Positions 50,465 to 63,430 of a DNA stretch of 64,000 nucleotides are shown here, in pieces. A model generated the notes under the pieces. It did no database searches and had not been told where the DNA came from. It saw only the letters and a list, made by a program, of their open reading frames with translations. The position numbers and the translations under genes were made by a program. Origin of the DNA: Octopus sinensis (Eukaryota); assembly GCF_006345805.1 (NCBI RefSeq), contig NC_043020.1, positions 22,258,001 to 22,322,000 of the forward strand. The letters run 5' to 3'. Position 1 is the stretch's first letter. Each line of letters starts with the position of its first letter.

Positions 50465-52565
50465 GTGGAAGCAATATCTTCTGCTGAACATTTTCTGTAC
50501 ACTTTGAAAAGCTGTTGTAGGCTTTATTTTTGTATTGAATTAATTTCGACTGACATATGCCGGGTCGTGGACAGACTTGTGGAGAAAGTGCAAACGTGTG
50601 CTATCCCAGGCAGGTTGATCCACTTCAATCTCCATCTTATATGCTACTCCTTAGAGAGGGTGAGGAAACTTTCTGACACAGCAAGGGGGCGCTGGTACAT
50701 TTAGACCAATCTAAAGCATCTGATAGGGTTGGCCATTGGTACTTGATGGTGGTCCTCGAGAAGGCTTTCCTGGGCCCCGACCTTCTGTGGGGTTGGATTG
50801 TTGCATTGTATGACGACATCGAGTCTGTCATGAAAGTTAATGGTTTCTTTTCGAAGCCATTCATGATCGAGCGCTCAATGCATCAGGGGTGTCCCCTATC
50901 TCTGCTTTTGTATGTATTGACTCTTGATCCATTGCTGCGGAAGTTGGAGGCACTAGGGGCGCACTGCATGATCTATGGTGTTGAAGAGGAGCTATGGAAT
51001 ATGCAGATGACATCTCCATCATCGTGGCGGATGAGAGCCAGCTTCTAGTGGTGGAAAAGGCCATCAAAAGTTTCGAGGCAGTGGCAGGAACAAAGGTTAA
51101 CAAGGACGAGTCAGTCAGTTTGCAACTTGGCACCTGGAGGGGCAAGCTGATGGCGCCCAATAACGTCGTGGGGTGTTGGATGGAAGGTCCTGCTAAGCTG
51201 CTCAGAGTCTGGATTGGTCCAGACCTCCAGATAGAGAAAAATTGGAGTGAGGTGGCCAGCAAGGTGACTGCTCTAACCCAGACCTAGTCTGGGCAGGCGT
51301 TATCCTTGCTAGAGAGGCTGGAGGTGGTGCAGATGTTTATAGCATCAGTAATCACCTACCGTCTGACCGTGGTGCCTTGCCTAGATTTGTGACTGAACAA
51401 GTTGGAGAGAATCCTTTTCTGCTTGTTGTGGAAGGGAGGAAAGCCACTTGTGAAGTGCTCTGTCTGCTGCCAGAAACCACTAAAGGGTGAGTTAGGGATG
51501 CCTTGGCTGAAGATACGAAAATTCGTGTTAAGGTTGAGGCACCTCTGGCTTTACCTGGATGGAGAGCAGATCTGGTCACCACACGTCCGGTTCTATCTTC
51601 CACAGTTAACATTCTTAACAGACATTGGTACATGGATCAAGCAGGGACCTAGACTGGGGGACTGGCAATTGGAGTGTTGTCAGGTACTTCAGTTGCTCTC
51701 TCGGGTGGGCAATGCTGGCAGCAGGAGCTCCACCACGGATTTTTATAGTGGGTTAGTGGAGATTATGTCTGAAGATGCCTTGGGGAAGACCCTGGGCTAC
51801 AATGAAAATCAGTTGATCAACCTGTTCAGGAGAGCTTTCGGGCCGGGGTATCTGGATAATTACCAGAAATCCCTGGCTTGGCAGTGCTTCCGTGTGGTGT
51901 TACCTGTTCGCGATAAACTGTCAAGGCATGGAAGTGCCATCTCATTGACATGTCCGAGGTGTTGGCAGGACAGGGAGACTGTCTTGCACGCATTTGTGGA
52001 GTGTCCGGAATTAACGGGACTGATAGCTTTCATAGAATAACTGTTGTTATCAATGGGAAGAGTACAGATATCAGTTGAGTCTATCATTGAGATTGTGCTG
52101 CCTCCTTCCCTTAACAGGGAGAGGAAGGCTTGCTTTTTCTGCGTAGTAGCCATACTGAAAGAAACAGTATGGATGGGAAAGGAATAGTGACAGGTGCCTT
52201 TGTATCTGGCCAGGGGTTGGTCAACTTTTCTAGTTACCACCTCAGCAGTAAAATCAGGCTGGAGAAGAGAGATTCGATAAAAAATGGAAGCTTGTGGCAA
52301 GAAAGCTGGGCGTGAGTGGCACCAGGTAAGTGGAGCCCTGGAAGAAAAGCAAAGGTTCTACCCTGGTGGTTGGGTGCCTTTCCTTCAGGAGATACATTGC
52401 ATGTGGCAATGTGAAATCATCAGATTATAATTTTCATTGTAATCGCATTTCACTGTTAATTTAAAACAGAACTTTTAATCGACAAAGCTTCTTTACCCTT
52501 TTCTGTTTGTCCTCGTTTGTCCCCTCTGTGTAATGCCTGCATGGCAAATTTTATGAAATAAAGAA
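50465..52565 (+). mobile_element. Degenerate L1/Tx1-clade LINE ORF2 3' half plus 3'UTR
   Basis: QTCAIPGR, LDQSKA.DRV, HQGCPLS, YADD, CPRC..ETVLHAFVEC zinc knuckle. Several stops and frameshifts. Confidence 0.88.
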
Positions 52566-52736
52566 GCTTGCTTCACAACCAGTGGTTTTCAGTTTAGTCC
52601 CACAGTGTGGCACCATGGGCAAAAGTCTTCTAAAATAACCTTAGGCCGACCAAAGCCTTGTGAGGAGTGGATTTGATGAATGGAAACTGAAAGAAGCCTG
52701 TTACATATATATATATATGTATATATTATATGTGCA

Positions 52737-53128
52737 GGAGTGGCTGTGTGGTAAGTAGCTTGCTAACCAACCACATGGTTCCGGGTTCAGTCCCACTGCG
52801 TTGCATCTTGGGCAAGTGTCTTCTGCTATAGCCCCGGGCCGACCAATGCCTTGTGAGTGGATTTGGTAGATGGAAACTGAAAGAAGCCTGTCGTATATAT
52901 ATGTATATATATGTGTATGTATGTGTATGTGTTTGTACCCCTAGCATTGCTTGACATCCAATGCTGGTGTGTTTACGTCCCCGTCACTTAGCGGTTCGGC
53001 AAAAGAGACTGATAGAATAAGTACTGGGCTTACAAAGAATAAATCCCGGGGTCGAGTTGCTCGACTAAAGGCGGTGCTCCAGCATGGCCGCAGTCAAATG
53101 ACTGAAACATGTAAAAGAGTAAAAGAGT
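52737..53128 (+). mobile_element. Full-length tRNA-derived SINE family A with internal microsatellite
   Basis: A box tggctgtgtgg, B-box-like gggttcagtccc, internal (TA)/(TG) tract, (taaaagag)n tail. Partial copies at 46290, 49580, 52565, 56505, 58325(-) and 62440(-). Confidence 0.88.
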
Positions 53129-53593
53129 GTGTGTTTGTGTGTGTGTATGTGTATCATTGTGTCTGCGTTTGTTCCTCCAACACTGCTTGACAACTGGTAT
53201 TCATGTGTTTATGTCCCTGTAACTTAGCAGTTCAACAAAAGATATTGATAGAATAAGTACCGATCTTTAAAAAATACAATCTCAGGGTGGGGTGGGGGGG
53301 TCAATTCATTTGACTAAAAACTCTTCATGGTGGAGCCCCAGCATAGCCAGAGTCTAATGACTGAAGCAAGTAAAGGAATGCACATATATTACCACTAGGC
53401 ATGCGTCCTGGTAGTTAGGGTATTATATTGATGATCCCTCGATCATGGGTTCGATTCTCAGGTCACATTGTGTTATTAGCAAATGTTGTCCTGTTCACCT
53501 AACTAGGTGGGTGGCATTGTTGGAAAGCTAAAACAATGTGAAGTGCATTGTGACCAATGATGTATAATAACGCTGCTCAATACCATGACTGTG

Positions 53594-53637
<44 letters not shown>

Positions 53638-53639
<2 letters not shown>

Positions 53640-53934
53640 AGGCACAATGGCCCAGTGGTTAGCGCAGTGGACTCCCAGTCGTAGGATCGCGGTTTCGTTT
53701 CCCAGACTGGGCGTTGTGAGTGTTTATTGAGCGAAAACACCTAAAGCTCCACGAGGATCCGGCAGGGGGTGGTGGCGATCCCTGCTGTACTCTTTCACCA
53801 CAACTTTCTCTCACCCTTTCTTCTGTTGGCCTGCTCGCTTAGCCAGCGGGGTGGCGTCATTTGAAGGCTAAAACAATGCGAAGCGCATTGTGACCAGCGA
53901 TGTGTAGCAACATCTGATAGCCTGGTTGGTCACG

Positions 53935-53938
<4 letters not shown>
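53638..53938 (+). mobile_element. tRNA-derived SINE family C
   Basis: ggaggcacaatggcccagtggttagc...ggtttcgtttccc head. Tail shared with an older copy at 53395-53595. Confidence 0.8.
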
Positions 53939-53984
<46 letters not shown>

Positions 53985-53985
53985 G

Positions 53986-54022
<37 letters not shown>

Positions 54023-54113
54023 ATTAAAGTAATGCACCTGCTTGTTGTTCCTACACCTGTCATTTTTTGTTTCCTGTAAAATTTATTTTCTCTCCCTGTT
54101 TATTTCTGTGTTC

Positions 54114-54149
54114 CTTTCTGTCGAAGAGCATAGGCTTGAAACGTAAAAG
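54114..54149 (+). ncRNA. Minimal HHR-like motif with U6 core
   Basis: CUUU-CUGUCGA-a-GAGCauagGCUU-GAAA-CG-UA-AAAG. Confidence 0.5.
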
Positions 54150-54279
54150 ACTTTCTCACCTTCCCGAGCGTTAAACTAATACACCCGTCCTGAACGTTAA
54201 ACTAATACACACCCGTCTTTGTCTTTTGTTTTGTTTTTTGTAAATTCCAATTATATACATATTTATATATACATGTATG

Positions 54280-54316
<37 letters not shown>

Positions 54317-54329
54317 ATATGTATGTATG

Positions 54330-54363
<34 letters not shown>

Positions 54364-54460
54364 CATGTATATATATGTATATACATATATATATATATAC
54401 CATATATATATATATATATATACATGTATATATATGTATATACATATATATATATATATA

Positions 54461-54735
54461 CCAGAGTAAACACATAAATGTGAAACAAGGTGGAAAAAAG
54501 AGTACTCAAATACCAGTGGTAGAGTAATATGCTTTATTTAAAGGAGCAGAAAATTCAACAAAACCTGTTACTCTGAGTTTCCCGTTGCCGTTCGTCGGAC
54601 AGTTTTTGCTAGAATGGAATCGAAATGTGAATTCTATCCAGACTATTACAAACGCTACACCTTTAAAAAATGGACTTGTTTGATTGGCCCTTTAGAAATA
54701 ACGGCCAATTTTCGAGCAATAAACAAAGATGAGTT

Positions 54736-54776
<41 letters not shown>

Positions 54777-55015
54777 ATATAATATATATATATATATATA
54801 TATTTTTGAACTCATCTTTGTTTATCGCTTGAAAATTGGCCGTTATTTCTAAAGGGCCAATCAAACAAGTCCATTTTTTAAAGGTGTAGCGTTTGTAATA
54901 GTCTGGATAGAATTCACATATCGGTTCCATTCTAGCAAAAACTGTCCGACGAACGGCAACGGGAAACTCAGAGTAACAGGTTTTGTTGAATTTTCTGCTG
55001 CTTTAAATAAAGTAT
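54461..55015. mobile_element. PLE-type terminal repeat arranged as a 490-bp palindrome with two HHR motifs
   Basis: Arms about 54529-54745 and 54797-55015. CCGACGA...GAAA-CUCAGAG-UA at 54942-54979 and its mirror. Confidence 0.8.
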
Positions 55016-56629
55016 ATATATATGTATATATATATGATGGACTCACCCGTTGGTTTCGACATACGAAGCTCTGACAACTTACTTTTTCTTTGTCAGTCAT
55101 AACGCCTATCGAATGTGACATTTAAGTCCCACCAACGATTTGCAAAGAAGGCCACGCAAGTATGAGGATTACAGGTCAGTGTAGGTGGTTTAGTTGCAGC
55201 TGCTTTTCTCCTTCGCCTTGCACCCTGAAACCTGTTAATGCTGGTCGCAACAAAGTTTTTAATACCATTTTGACACAATTATCTCCATTTTGTTCATTTG
55301 AACACTGTTCAATCAAATATACGTAAGTAAGTAAGTAAGTATGTGTGTGTGTGTGTGTGTGTGGTGTGTGTGTGTGTGTGTGTGTATGTATGAATGAATG
55401 AATGAATGAATGAATGAATGAATGAATTAAATAATTATAAGGATTCAAGTGAACATGCATAATGATATTTTGAATCTCTTATGATAAAAGGCAGATTTTC
55501 TCTGCCTCCCAAATAGTTTGCTTTTTATACAATTGTACAATATAGAATTTCTTCAATTGGAATTTACCTATGATTTTTCGAAGTAGATTCCATTGGGTCA
55601 TGGCATGTAAAGTTTTTTCAATTTCACCCCCAATTAAGCAAAAATTCGAGAAAACTCAATATTTTACGATTTCCCTCTCTCATTTCAAGTGCTTCACTCC
55701 TTCCATTACCACCACACTTTCTCCTACTTTCTCTTTGCAAGTGTGCAACAATTAAAGTGAAAGTATTTATGTAACAGGGATGAGCCATTAATACTGGTCA
55801 TCCTTTTTGCTAGAGGAAGATCCGCTATGGTCTTATATGCTATATCACTGGTTTTCAATTCATATTAATCAAATTAATATTCAATTTTTCACCCTTATTA
55901 TGTGTGTGTGTATTAGCAATTCGTATAAAATTGCATCACTGACTTGAACTTGAATAAGTGGTTTCACATAAATGGGGATAAATTAAAAAGGTTTGTTGTT
56001 ATTATTATTACTGTTTGACTATTGTAATCACGTTTGTTGGTTCCTCGTCAGGGAAACGTTGTCGTGTTGCATTTGTTAAATAATTGTAAACCGTAACCCT
56101 CCCCCTTTCGGAGAAGAGGCTTTGATTATTGTTTAAAAATTGAATTGTGTCCCTGTTTGGGGAAATTGACAATATTTTCACCATCTTTACGGAAGCATTT
56201 TTGTTAAAATGCCTTCGATAGAAGAAAGTCCAAGAATGAATTTCGCTGCAGCCGTACACTTCTATACAAGAGGGAGGACAAGATCCAAATGATCGAAATT
56301 GCAAGAGACGGGCCTACAATTCCAGTCTGTTATATATTTTGAGTATTGTTATCACTAGTGATATCAAGATATAACTTTGTATTTTGTATTTTATGTGTAG
56401 ATGTATATATATAGATGTACATGTAATATGTACACATATATACATGCATAATATATCTACCCATACACACATATGCACACACACACACACATACATACAT
56501 AGGGGCAGGTGTGGCTGTGTGGTAACAAACTACGTTCCAAACACATGGTCCTGGGTTCAGTCCCACTGTGTGGTGACTTGGCATGTGTCTTCTGCTGTAG
56601 CTTCAACCAACAAAAGCCTTCTCAGTGAA

Positions 56630-56805
56630 TTTTGTACATATATACAGGCAACTTTCAAACCTGAATTTCAAAAACATTGTCCCCTTCAGTGCCAAGCTCA
56701 ACTGCTCTATCCTGACATGGAGGGTATCAGCAATGAAATCTATAACAAAACACTCATTGACGTTGAAGACAGAATTGCTAAACTGGGTGGAAATGAATTG
56801 TCGAT
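56630..56805 (+). mobile_element. Probable Helitron RepHel fragment
   Basis: QLLYPDMEGISNEIYNKTLIDVEDRIAKLGGNEL resembles the IYN.AL..IED..GGK.L segment before the Helitron PIF1 helicase (recalled, not searched). Confidence 0.45.
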
Positions 56806-57698
56806 GCAGGAAACACAACAAAAAACACTCAAACACACACACACGTGTGTATTTGTTACAGTTGTCAATTGTTGAAAGAAACAAATTGTAAGCTAAGAAG
56901 GTGTGTGTGTGTGTGTCTGTGTGTCTAGGAAGTGAAGGATAGAAAAATGGACCTTTTATTTCCGTACAGACAACATAACACTATCAACCTCATACTACTA
57001 CATAGGGCATCCATACTCTTTTAACACAGCATGAAGTTTTGTAACAGCACATCCGCTGCCGTTCGTGGAAAACGAAGAGACCCTATTCACCTGCGAACGT
57101 TTTACACTGCCTTCCATGACTATCAAATTCTTACAATTATGAGAACAATAACATGGCTCTTTTCAAGGCAACCTCGCATTCAATTCTTACACCATTCTAC
57201 GAGGGGGTAGGAACCCCTTTACACGGCTTTCTATACACTTGCAAATACATTCATTCGCCGTAAACTTATATCAATATTTGTCTGAATAATCATCATAATT
57301 CAGTGCAATCATTAACAGTACTTTCAAGCAATTCAGCCCTGAGCATCACCGGGCAATTCTGCTAGTACATTAATAAACTGAAACACGTTTCGTAAATTTT
57401 AAATGCCATTTGTGTTCTCTTTACATACATACATACATATACGTACATACATATACATACATATATATACACACACACACACATATTCAGCAATGTAACT
57501 ACATGTGTGCTGTTGGTGATTTCTTTTCCTTCTTTGGACTTTTCCCTATCCCCTTTCCGATGAAGAGCTATGTTCGAAACATCAAACTCTCTCTTTTTGC
57601 TGAGCGTCAAGCTAATACATTCCTTGATCACATCCTCTTGTTGTCCGTTAATTTTATTGTTCGTTTTCTTTCTTAATTGATTGTTTATTTGAATTGAC

Positions 57699-57729
<31 letters not shown>

Positions 57730-58269
57730 ATACATACGTACATTTTAGCTGCTTTGTCGTATACAAGCAAAGCCATTGCGAGAAAGAGTCACTGAAATGA
57801 GTCTTTGTTGATGCAATGTGAGTCCCTTGCATGACTCTTGAGCCTGGGAAAAGATTTGCACATTCAGTTGCATACATACATATATACACACACACATGTG
57901 TGTGTGGGTGTGTATATGTACATATGTATGTATGGTGGTCATCAACTTGATTTCAACCCTAACGACTCCCTCATTACAGACATAATGCAACATTCCTCAC
58001 CAATTGTCTTCAGACTCTCAGATGCTTCCCTGATCTTTTATTCTGAACAATCTATTCAACACATTTTGTTTGGAAGCATTAAATTTCTGGTGAAATAAAA
58101 GTACTTTTCACTCTGTCATTTTCTTTTTTTTCTATCTTTCATTGAATCTGTGATAAATAGAAACACTTTTGTTTTGAAGGAACAGCATTACAGACAGTCA
58201 GAACTAAAACAATAAAACATGGAAATCTCATTTATTAGATACATAAATTGCATTGTAATTATTGTAATA

Positions 58270-59400
58270 ACTAGCAGAGATACTCGGCCTTGCTCGAGAT
58301 TAAAATGGCATAGATTTTTATTGTTTTACTTCTTTCAGTCATGTGACTGCAGCCATGCTGGAGCACTGCAGTTGGTTGAAGAAATCAACCACAGGGTTTA
58401 TACTTTGTAAGCCTAGTACTCATTCTGTCAGTGTCTTTTACCAAACCGCTAAGTTATGAGAATGTAAACACAGCGGCATCAGTTGTCAAGCAATGGTGGG
58501 GGTACAAATATAAGACATACGCACACACATACACAAATGTACACATATATACGACAATCTTCTTTCAGTTTCTGAGTATGAAATCCACTCGCAAGGTTTT
58601 GGTCGGCCTGAGGCTATAATAAGTACACACACACACCTTACATACCCAGTAATTCCCGGATAAGTGGGCTTATCCCTTGGTTCTGTTCTCATAATTGTTT
58701 CGCTAATCCAGTAACAACAATACAAACCTTAAAACGGTTTTTGTGTATTGAGAATACTGAAATGTCTTACAAAGGATCTTGTTTTTAGGAATTCCAAATA
58801 AGTTATGAATACCCAAATAAAGTAGCCCCCAAAAGGGCTTTAATACGTTCCTAGAGTATATAGATTTTAGGAGGAAATACTAATAAGGTATGTATACTAA
58901 AACCTTGAATCATGTTATGTAATAACAGGCTAATCAGATATGAGATAACAATTCAAAGTAATTAATTATGGAAAAAAGCTTTTGTGCATTCCCTGAGAAT
59001 ATTACCCTCAGCATCGCTAGTGTTGGTATATTCATCACTAACCGAAATAAGTGGATATATTGTATTGGATAAATTGAGAAAATAACTAAGATAGTCAAAT
59101 ACTAAGAAACAAGCAAACTGAAAATGAATGGGTTATTTCCCTTGGTGGTTATTTCCGGGAGGGAATGTGTTATTTCCCTTGGAAGCTTCAAAATAATTAC
59201 TTCCACCGTTCACTCACTCTCAAATGTTATTTCTCCCGCCGTTTACCTGAACATTTTTTCGAAATCAATTTATACTTATAACCTCCCCAGACACATAAGC
59301 AATGTGTGTGTGAAGTTTAAGAAAAATCGGTTGAGCCGTTTTGGCGTAAAACGAGGACATACTGATACACACACACACTTTCAGTTTTAATATGTAAGAT
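58270..59400 (+). mobile_element. Helitron/Helentron-like element with a nested SINE-A (about 58325-58625, -)
   Basis: 5' actagcagagatactcggccttgctcgag; 3' ...acacactttcagttttaatatgtaagat. Confidence 0.55.
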
Positions 59401-60102
59401 AATTAAAAATATATCTAAATACACAACTTAATCACAAATACTTGTGACTGCCAAGTCTCTTACATGAAACAGTGGCTTTGTACGTGATGCTATCAGTGTT
59501 ATATGTGTTAAAAGCATTTTAGATTTTAATTACAATTATAAAGTGTTTTCCAGTGAAATATGAGCTAAACAGTGTTTATTCTCTCTCAGTTGTATTTAAT
59601 GAGTCGAATGTTACATAGAGTTGGTGATGCAACAGTCATTCCTCACCCCTTATCCACCCTTCAGCTCTACCCAATCTTTGCAGATGTTGCCCACCACCCT
59701 TCTTCGAATCCCCTATCTCCTGCTTCCTCCCCTTCCCCAACTCTTCGGAAACCTCCTCCCACCTGCATGCCTAGTCCCTCTGCAACTACTCCCCCTTATA
59801 TCTCAAAGGGTCACCTGGCCATCCCATCATCACTACCTTATCTCTCTGCAGCTCCTACTGGGAACTCTTTTCTCAATGTGAGTAGCTTTATCTACAACAA
59901 AACCTGTTCATCCCCACAACTTCATACTCTGACCCTCCATATCCTGGCATAAATCTGTCCCTGGTTTACCCCCACCCATCACCAGGGTTTTAGTCTTGTG
60001 AGCAGCGTAGCAACCCCATTAATGCTGGTGGCATGAAAAGAAAGCAGCCAGTACTTTCTTTTCATGCTACCAGCACTATGCATATGCTTGTATGTGTATA
60101 TG

Positions 60103-60135
<33 letters not shown>

Positions 60136-60234
60136 GTTCGGCAAAATTTAGATTCAGATGAATATGGTACTTAAGTTTAAAGGCACCAGAATTTTGTATG
60201 GTATTATCCATATAAATCAAATGGGGTGATTATA

Positions 60235-60661
60235 ATCAAAATAAGCAACAAGTATATCCAAGGTAGAGTAAAACACTGTAAGTATTACATCAGTTTTAAA
60301 ATGTCGAGCAATCTTCAGCCACTTATAGTATTTTCCAATTAAACGGACAATGCACATTCTTATCCCTATTTCATTTGCCAACATTAAATAGAGGGTAGAT
60401 ATATAGACAGAGAGGTTGATTCCATTCTTAAGAACATGATAGTAGTATTTCACTCTCTGTCTATATATCTACTCTCTTTATAATGTTGGCAAATGAAATG
60501 GGGATAAGAATGTGCATTGTCCATTTAATTGGAAAATACTATAAGTGGCTGAAGATTGCTCAACATTTTAAAACTGATGTAATACTTAGTGTTTAATAAA
60601 ATGAAGTAGCATGAAACAATTGTACTACTCTACCTTGGATATATTTGTTGCTTATTTTGAT
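60235..60661. repeat. About 430-bp imperfect palindrome
   Basis: 60279-60414 pairs with 60453-60588. Outer 60235-60269 pairs with 60626-60661. Confidence 0.88.
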
Positions 60662-61403
60662 ATATATATATATATATATATACATATATGTAGAAAATAA
60701 AGTTATTTTATTCTACATGGGTAGAGATATAGGAAAAATAAAAGTTGAAAATGCACTGAGAATAGTTAAAATATTTGAGGCTTTAACCGGTTTCACAGTT
60801 TACTCTGATTTTGAAAAAGTTCAAATAGAAAGACCTGGTTTCTGTCGCAACTGTCTTGCTTCTGACTAGTATTTGAAACTTGCCCTATTTTATTAGGGAG
60901 CTCATGGCTCAAATTAGTATATGTTTTGAATAGGATCTGATTGATAAAGGATAGTCACATGATTGCTCTTAAAAAGTTTTGTAGGTTCCCTGCTACGTCC
61001 ATTTGTTAGTATCAAGTGACAACGTTTGGTGTTGTAAGTGGTGTCTCTACGTCAATTTCTCCATTTTCCTTGTTGTGCACCTGTCTAGTAGTAGTCACAC
61101 CAGTGATCCTGCCCTACTCTGTCACCCAGCATAAGCAGCTACTATCTGACCAACCCGGGAGCAAATACCCTGACGTTCATTCGCGATGTCCCAGCCGGCA
61201 AAAAGAGGATGACCCTGTCCTGTTTCCCCCGCACCTTCCTTCTAATGCCTCCTCTTCTGGTCAGTCTCTTGACCATTGACGTCATGGCCCCCTTCTTCCA
61301 GCTCATCCCCACACCTTATTCACACACACACACATATATAATCTGTCTTGTTTCAATATTTGGACTGCAACTAAGCTAGGGCTCCACCTTGAAGGCTTTA
61401 GTC

Positions 61404-62000
61404 CAAACATGGGCAACCTTTTTCCATGTGTGGGCCAGATAAAGTCGCAGGCCAGAGCCCTAACTATAGACTTACATAATATGTACACAAGTGCTTATAC
61501 AAGTATTTGCTTTATAATATAAAAAGGATATTAAAATAAGGGTAAGAACAAAACAGTTTCTTAATATAAAACAAATGTAGTTGAATCAGTAAAATAGTTT
61601 ATTCATTCTCATAGGGAGAAAATAGCCATGAAGCATTATTCTAATGGGATATTTGGGGTTGATATTTCTTCACCAACATCTCGATGTTTGAAGAAATGCT
61701 AGAGGTGGCTACCCTCAATTATTCTTGACCTTGCTTTGGATTTAATAGATTTCATTTTTGAGAAAAACTGCTCACATTTATATGTGCTCCCAAAAAGTGG
61801 CAAATTTTGATTCTACAAATTTAGTCCTTTCACCTTTCCTAGAATGTTTGCTAAAATGCATATCATGAAAGTTTGTTTCGTTTTTTGCCTATTTATCTGA
61901 GTCGGCCAGACTAGAAAATGAACCACTTCACGGCCATACTGCCACAGGTCTCCGCTGGCCAGAGAAAAAGGCTTCGCGGGCCGTGGGTTGCCCATGCTTT
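61404..62000 (-). mobile_element. Non-autonomous hAT (Charlie/SPIN-like) element
   Basis: TIR caaacatgggcaacc / ggttgcccatgc. Remnant LFGSTYKCEQFFSKMKSIKSKARSR. Confidence 0.8.
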
Positions 62001-63149
62001 AGTTGAAAAAAAATCGATCTTAGTATCTATTTTCTTAAAAGTCTGGTATTTATTCTATCAGTTCCTTTTTACCAAACAGCTAAGTTATGGAGTTACGGGG
62101 ACGAAAAGAAACCAACAACGGCTGTCGAACAACACATATATTTGAGGCACAAACACACTCACATATATTTGGAGAGAAAAAGAGAGATGGGGTGGGGGCA
62201 CGATGAGTTTTTACTGAATTTTTGACGGAGAAAAAAAAACATTTTTTGACAAATAACCTAACAAAAACGAGCTTCTCTAAATGCATTTAAAAACTTTCTA
62301 ACAATCCGAACACTATTTCAGAAATTATCATCGTTATTTTTGAGCATATAAAAGACAAATTAGGCCGGGGCAAAATGAGTAAGACAAGGTAAGGCAAATT
62401 TGCTGCTCCAATTCTTCAGAATTACATTTGAAAACAGACTTAATATCCATCTCTGTAGATACGAAAGGCTTCTTTCAGTCTCTGTTTGCCAAATCCTCTC
62501 ATAAGGCTTTGGTTGACGGGGGGAGGGGGGCATTGTGCCCAAGATGCCACGCTGTGGGACTGAACTCGGAACAGGTGAAATTTTTTTACAACTTTTTCCG
62601 AAATAATCGTAATCTATACCACCTAAAATGTATCTCTAGAAAATTTCATGAGGCAAACAAAAATATGCGTTTGTGAGAATGACTGGTCGATCGATGAAGG
62701 AAACTGATAAATCGGTGTTTAAGAAAGAAGGTTCCCTCAGGTAGTTATATCCGACACGTGTCATTAACCTAACTCTTCATTGTTACTATTTTTATCAAGC
62801 ATTAGTGATTATTACAGACCTGTAACCAATAACACTATTGTTGTTGTTGTTATTGTGTTTAAACGCTCGCCAGCCCTGATTAAAAGTCCGTCCTAATGTG
62901 ACAGCATCTCATTTCCCGGTGTGAAGTAACCCTCACCCCGTCAGACCAATTTTATCGAAGTTGGCATTTTCGAAGACGGTGATGATGATGGGGATGGTAT
63001 TATTTGCATAGGGATTCCTTCTTTGATTCTATATCAGCAACAGCAGCAACAAGAATATTAATCAGCAACAGCAGCAACAAGAATATTAATCAGCAACAGT
63101 AACATTAATCAGCAGTAGCAGCGGTAACCTCACCGCCACCTTTCACATG

Positions 63150-63268
63150 CTGTCAGTTGGTTTGCTCACAACGAACCACCAAGTCAGTCACCGAAGATAC
63201 TGTCCCTCGTCGCTTTTAAACCTAAAACACTTTCTCTTTCTCCCTTGTTCGTTCTTGCTAGAAAGGTC
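63150..63268 (+). promoter_or_regulatory. Putative CTH start region / 5'UTR
   Basis: TCAGTT (63153) and TCAGTC (63184) match the TCAKTY initiator. A pyrimidine tract plus TAG ends at 63261. Confidence 0.3.
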
Positions 63269-63430
63269 ATGTCTACAAATCACGGACACGAATTTGGGAA
63301 ATCGTTCCCCCATTTCGCTACAAATGCTATCCATGAGGGCCAAGAACCAGATCAATGGAACTCCAGGATGGTGGTTCCACCCATCACTATGTCGACAACA
63401 TTTAAACAGAAGGAACCAGGGAACAGTTAT
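63269..63430 (+). CDS. CTH: Cystathionine gamma-lyase, first coding exon (gene continues beyond the window)
   Basis: MSTNHGHEFGKSFPHFATNAIHEGQEPDQWNSRMVVPPITMSTTFKQKEPGNSY then gtaagt, phase 0. Matches the HFATQAIHVGQDPEQW..VVPPISLSTTFKQ motif. Confidence 0.93.

Noticed and set aside
52737-52810. tRNA genes
   Set aside because: A/B boxes belong to SINE heads; no complete cloverleaf.
61016-61279. 87-aa ORF as a gene
   Set aside because: No recognisable motif and no convincing splice sites.
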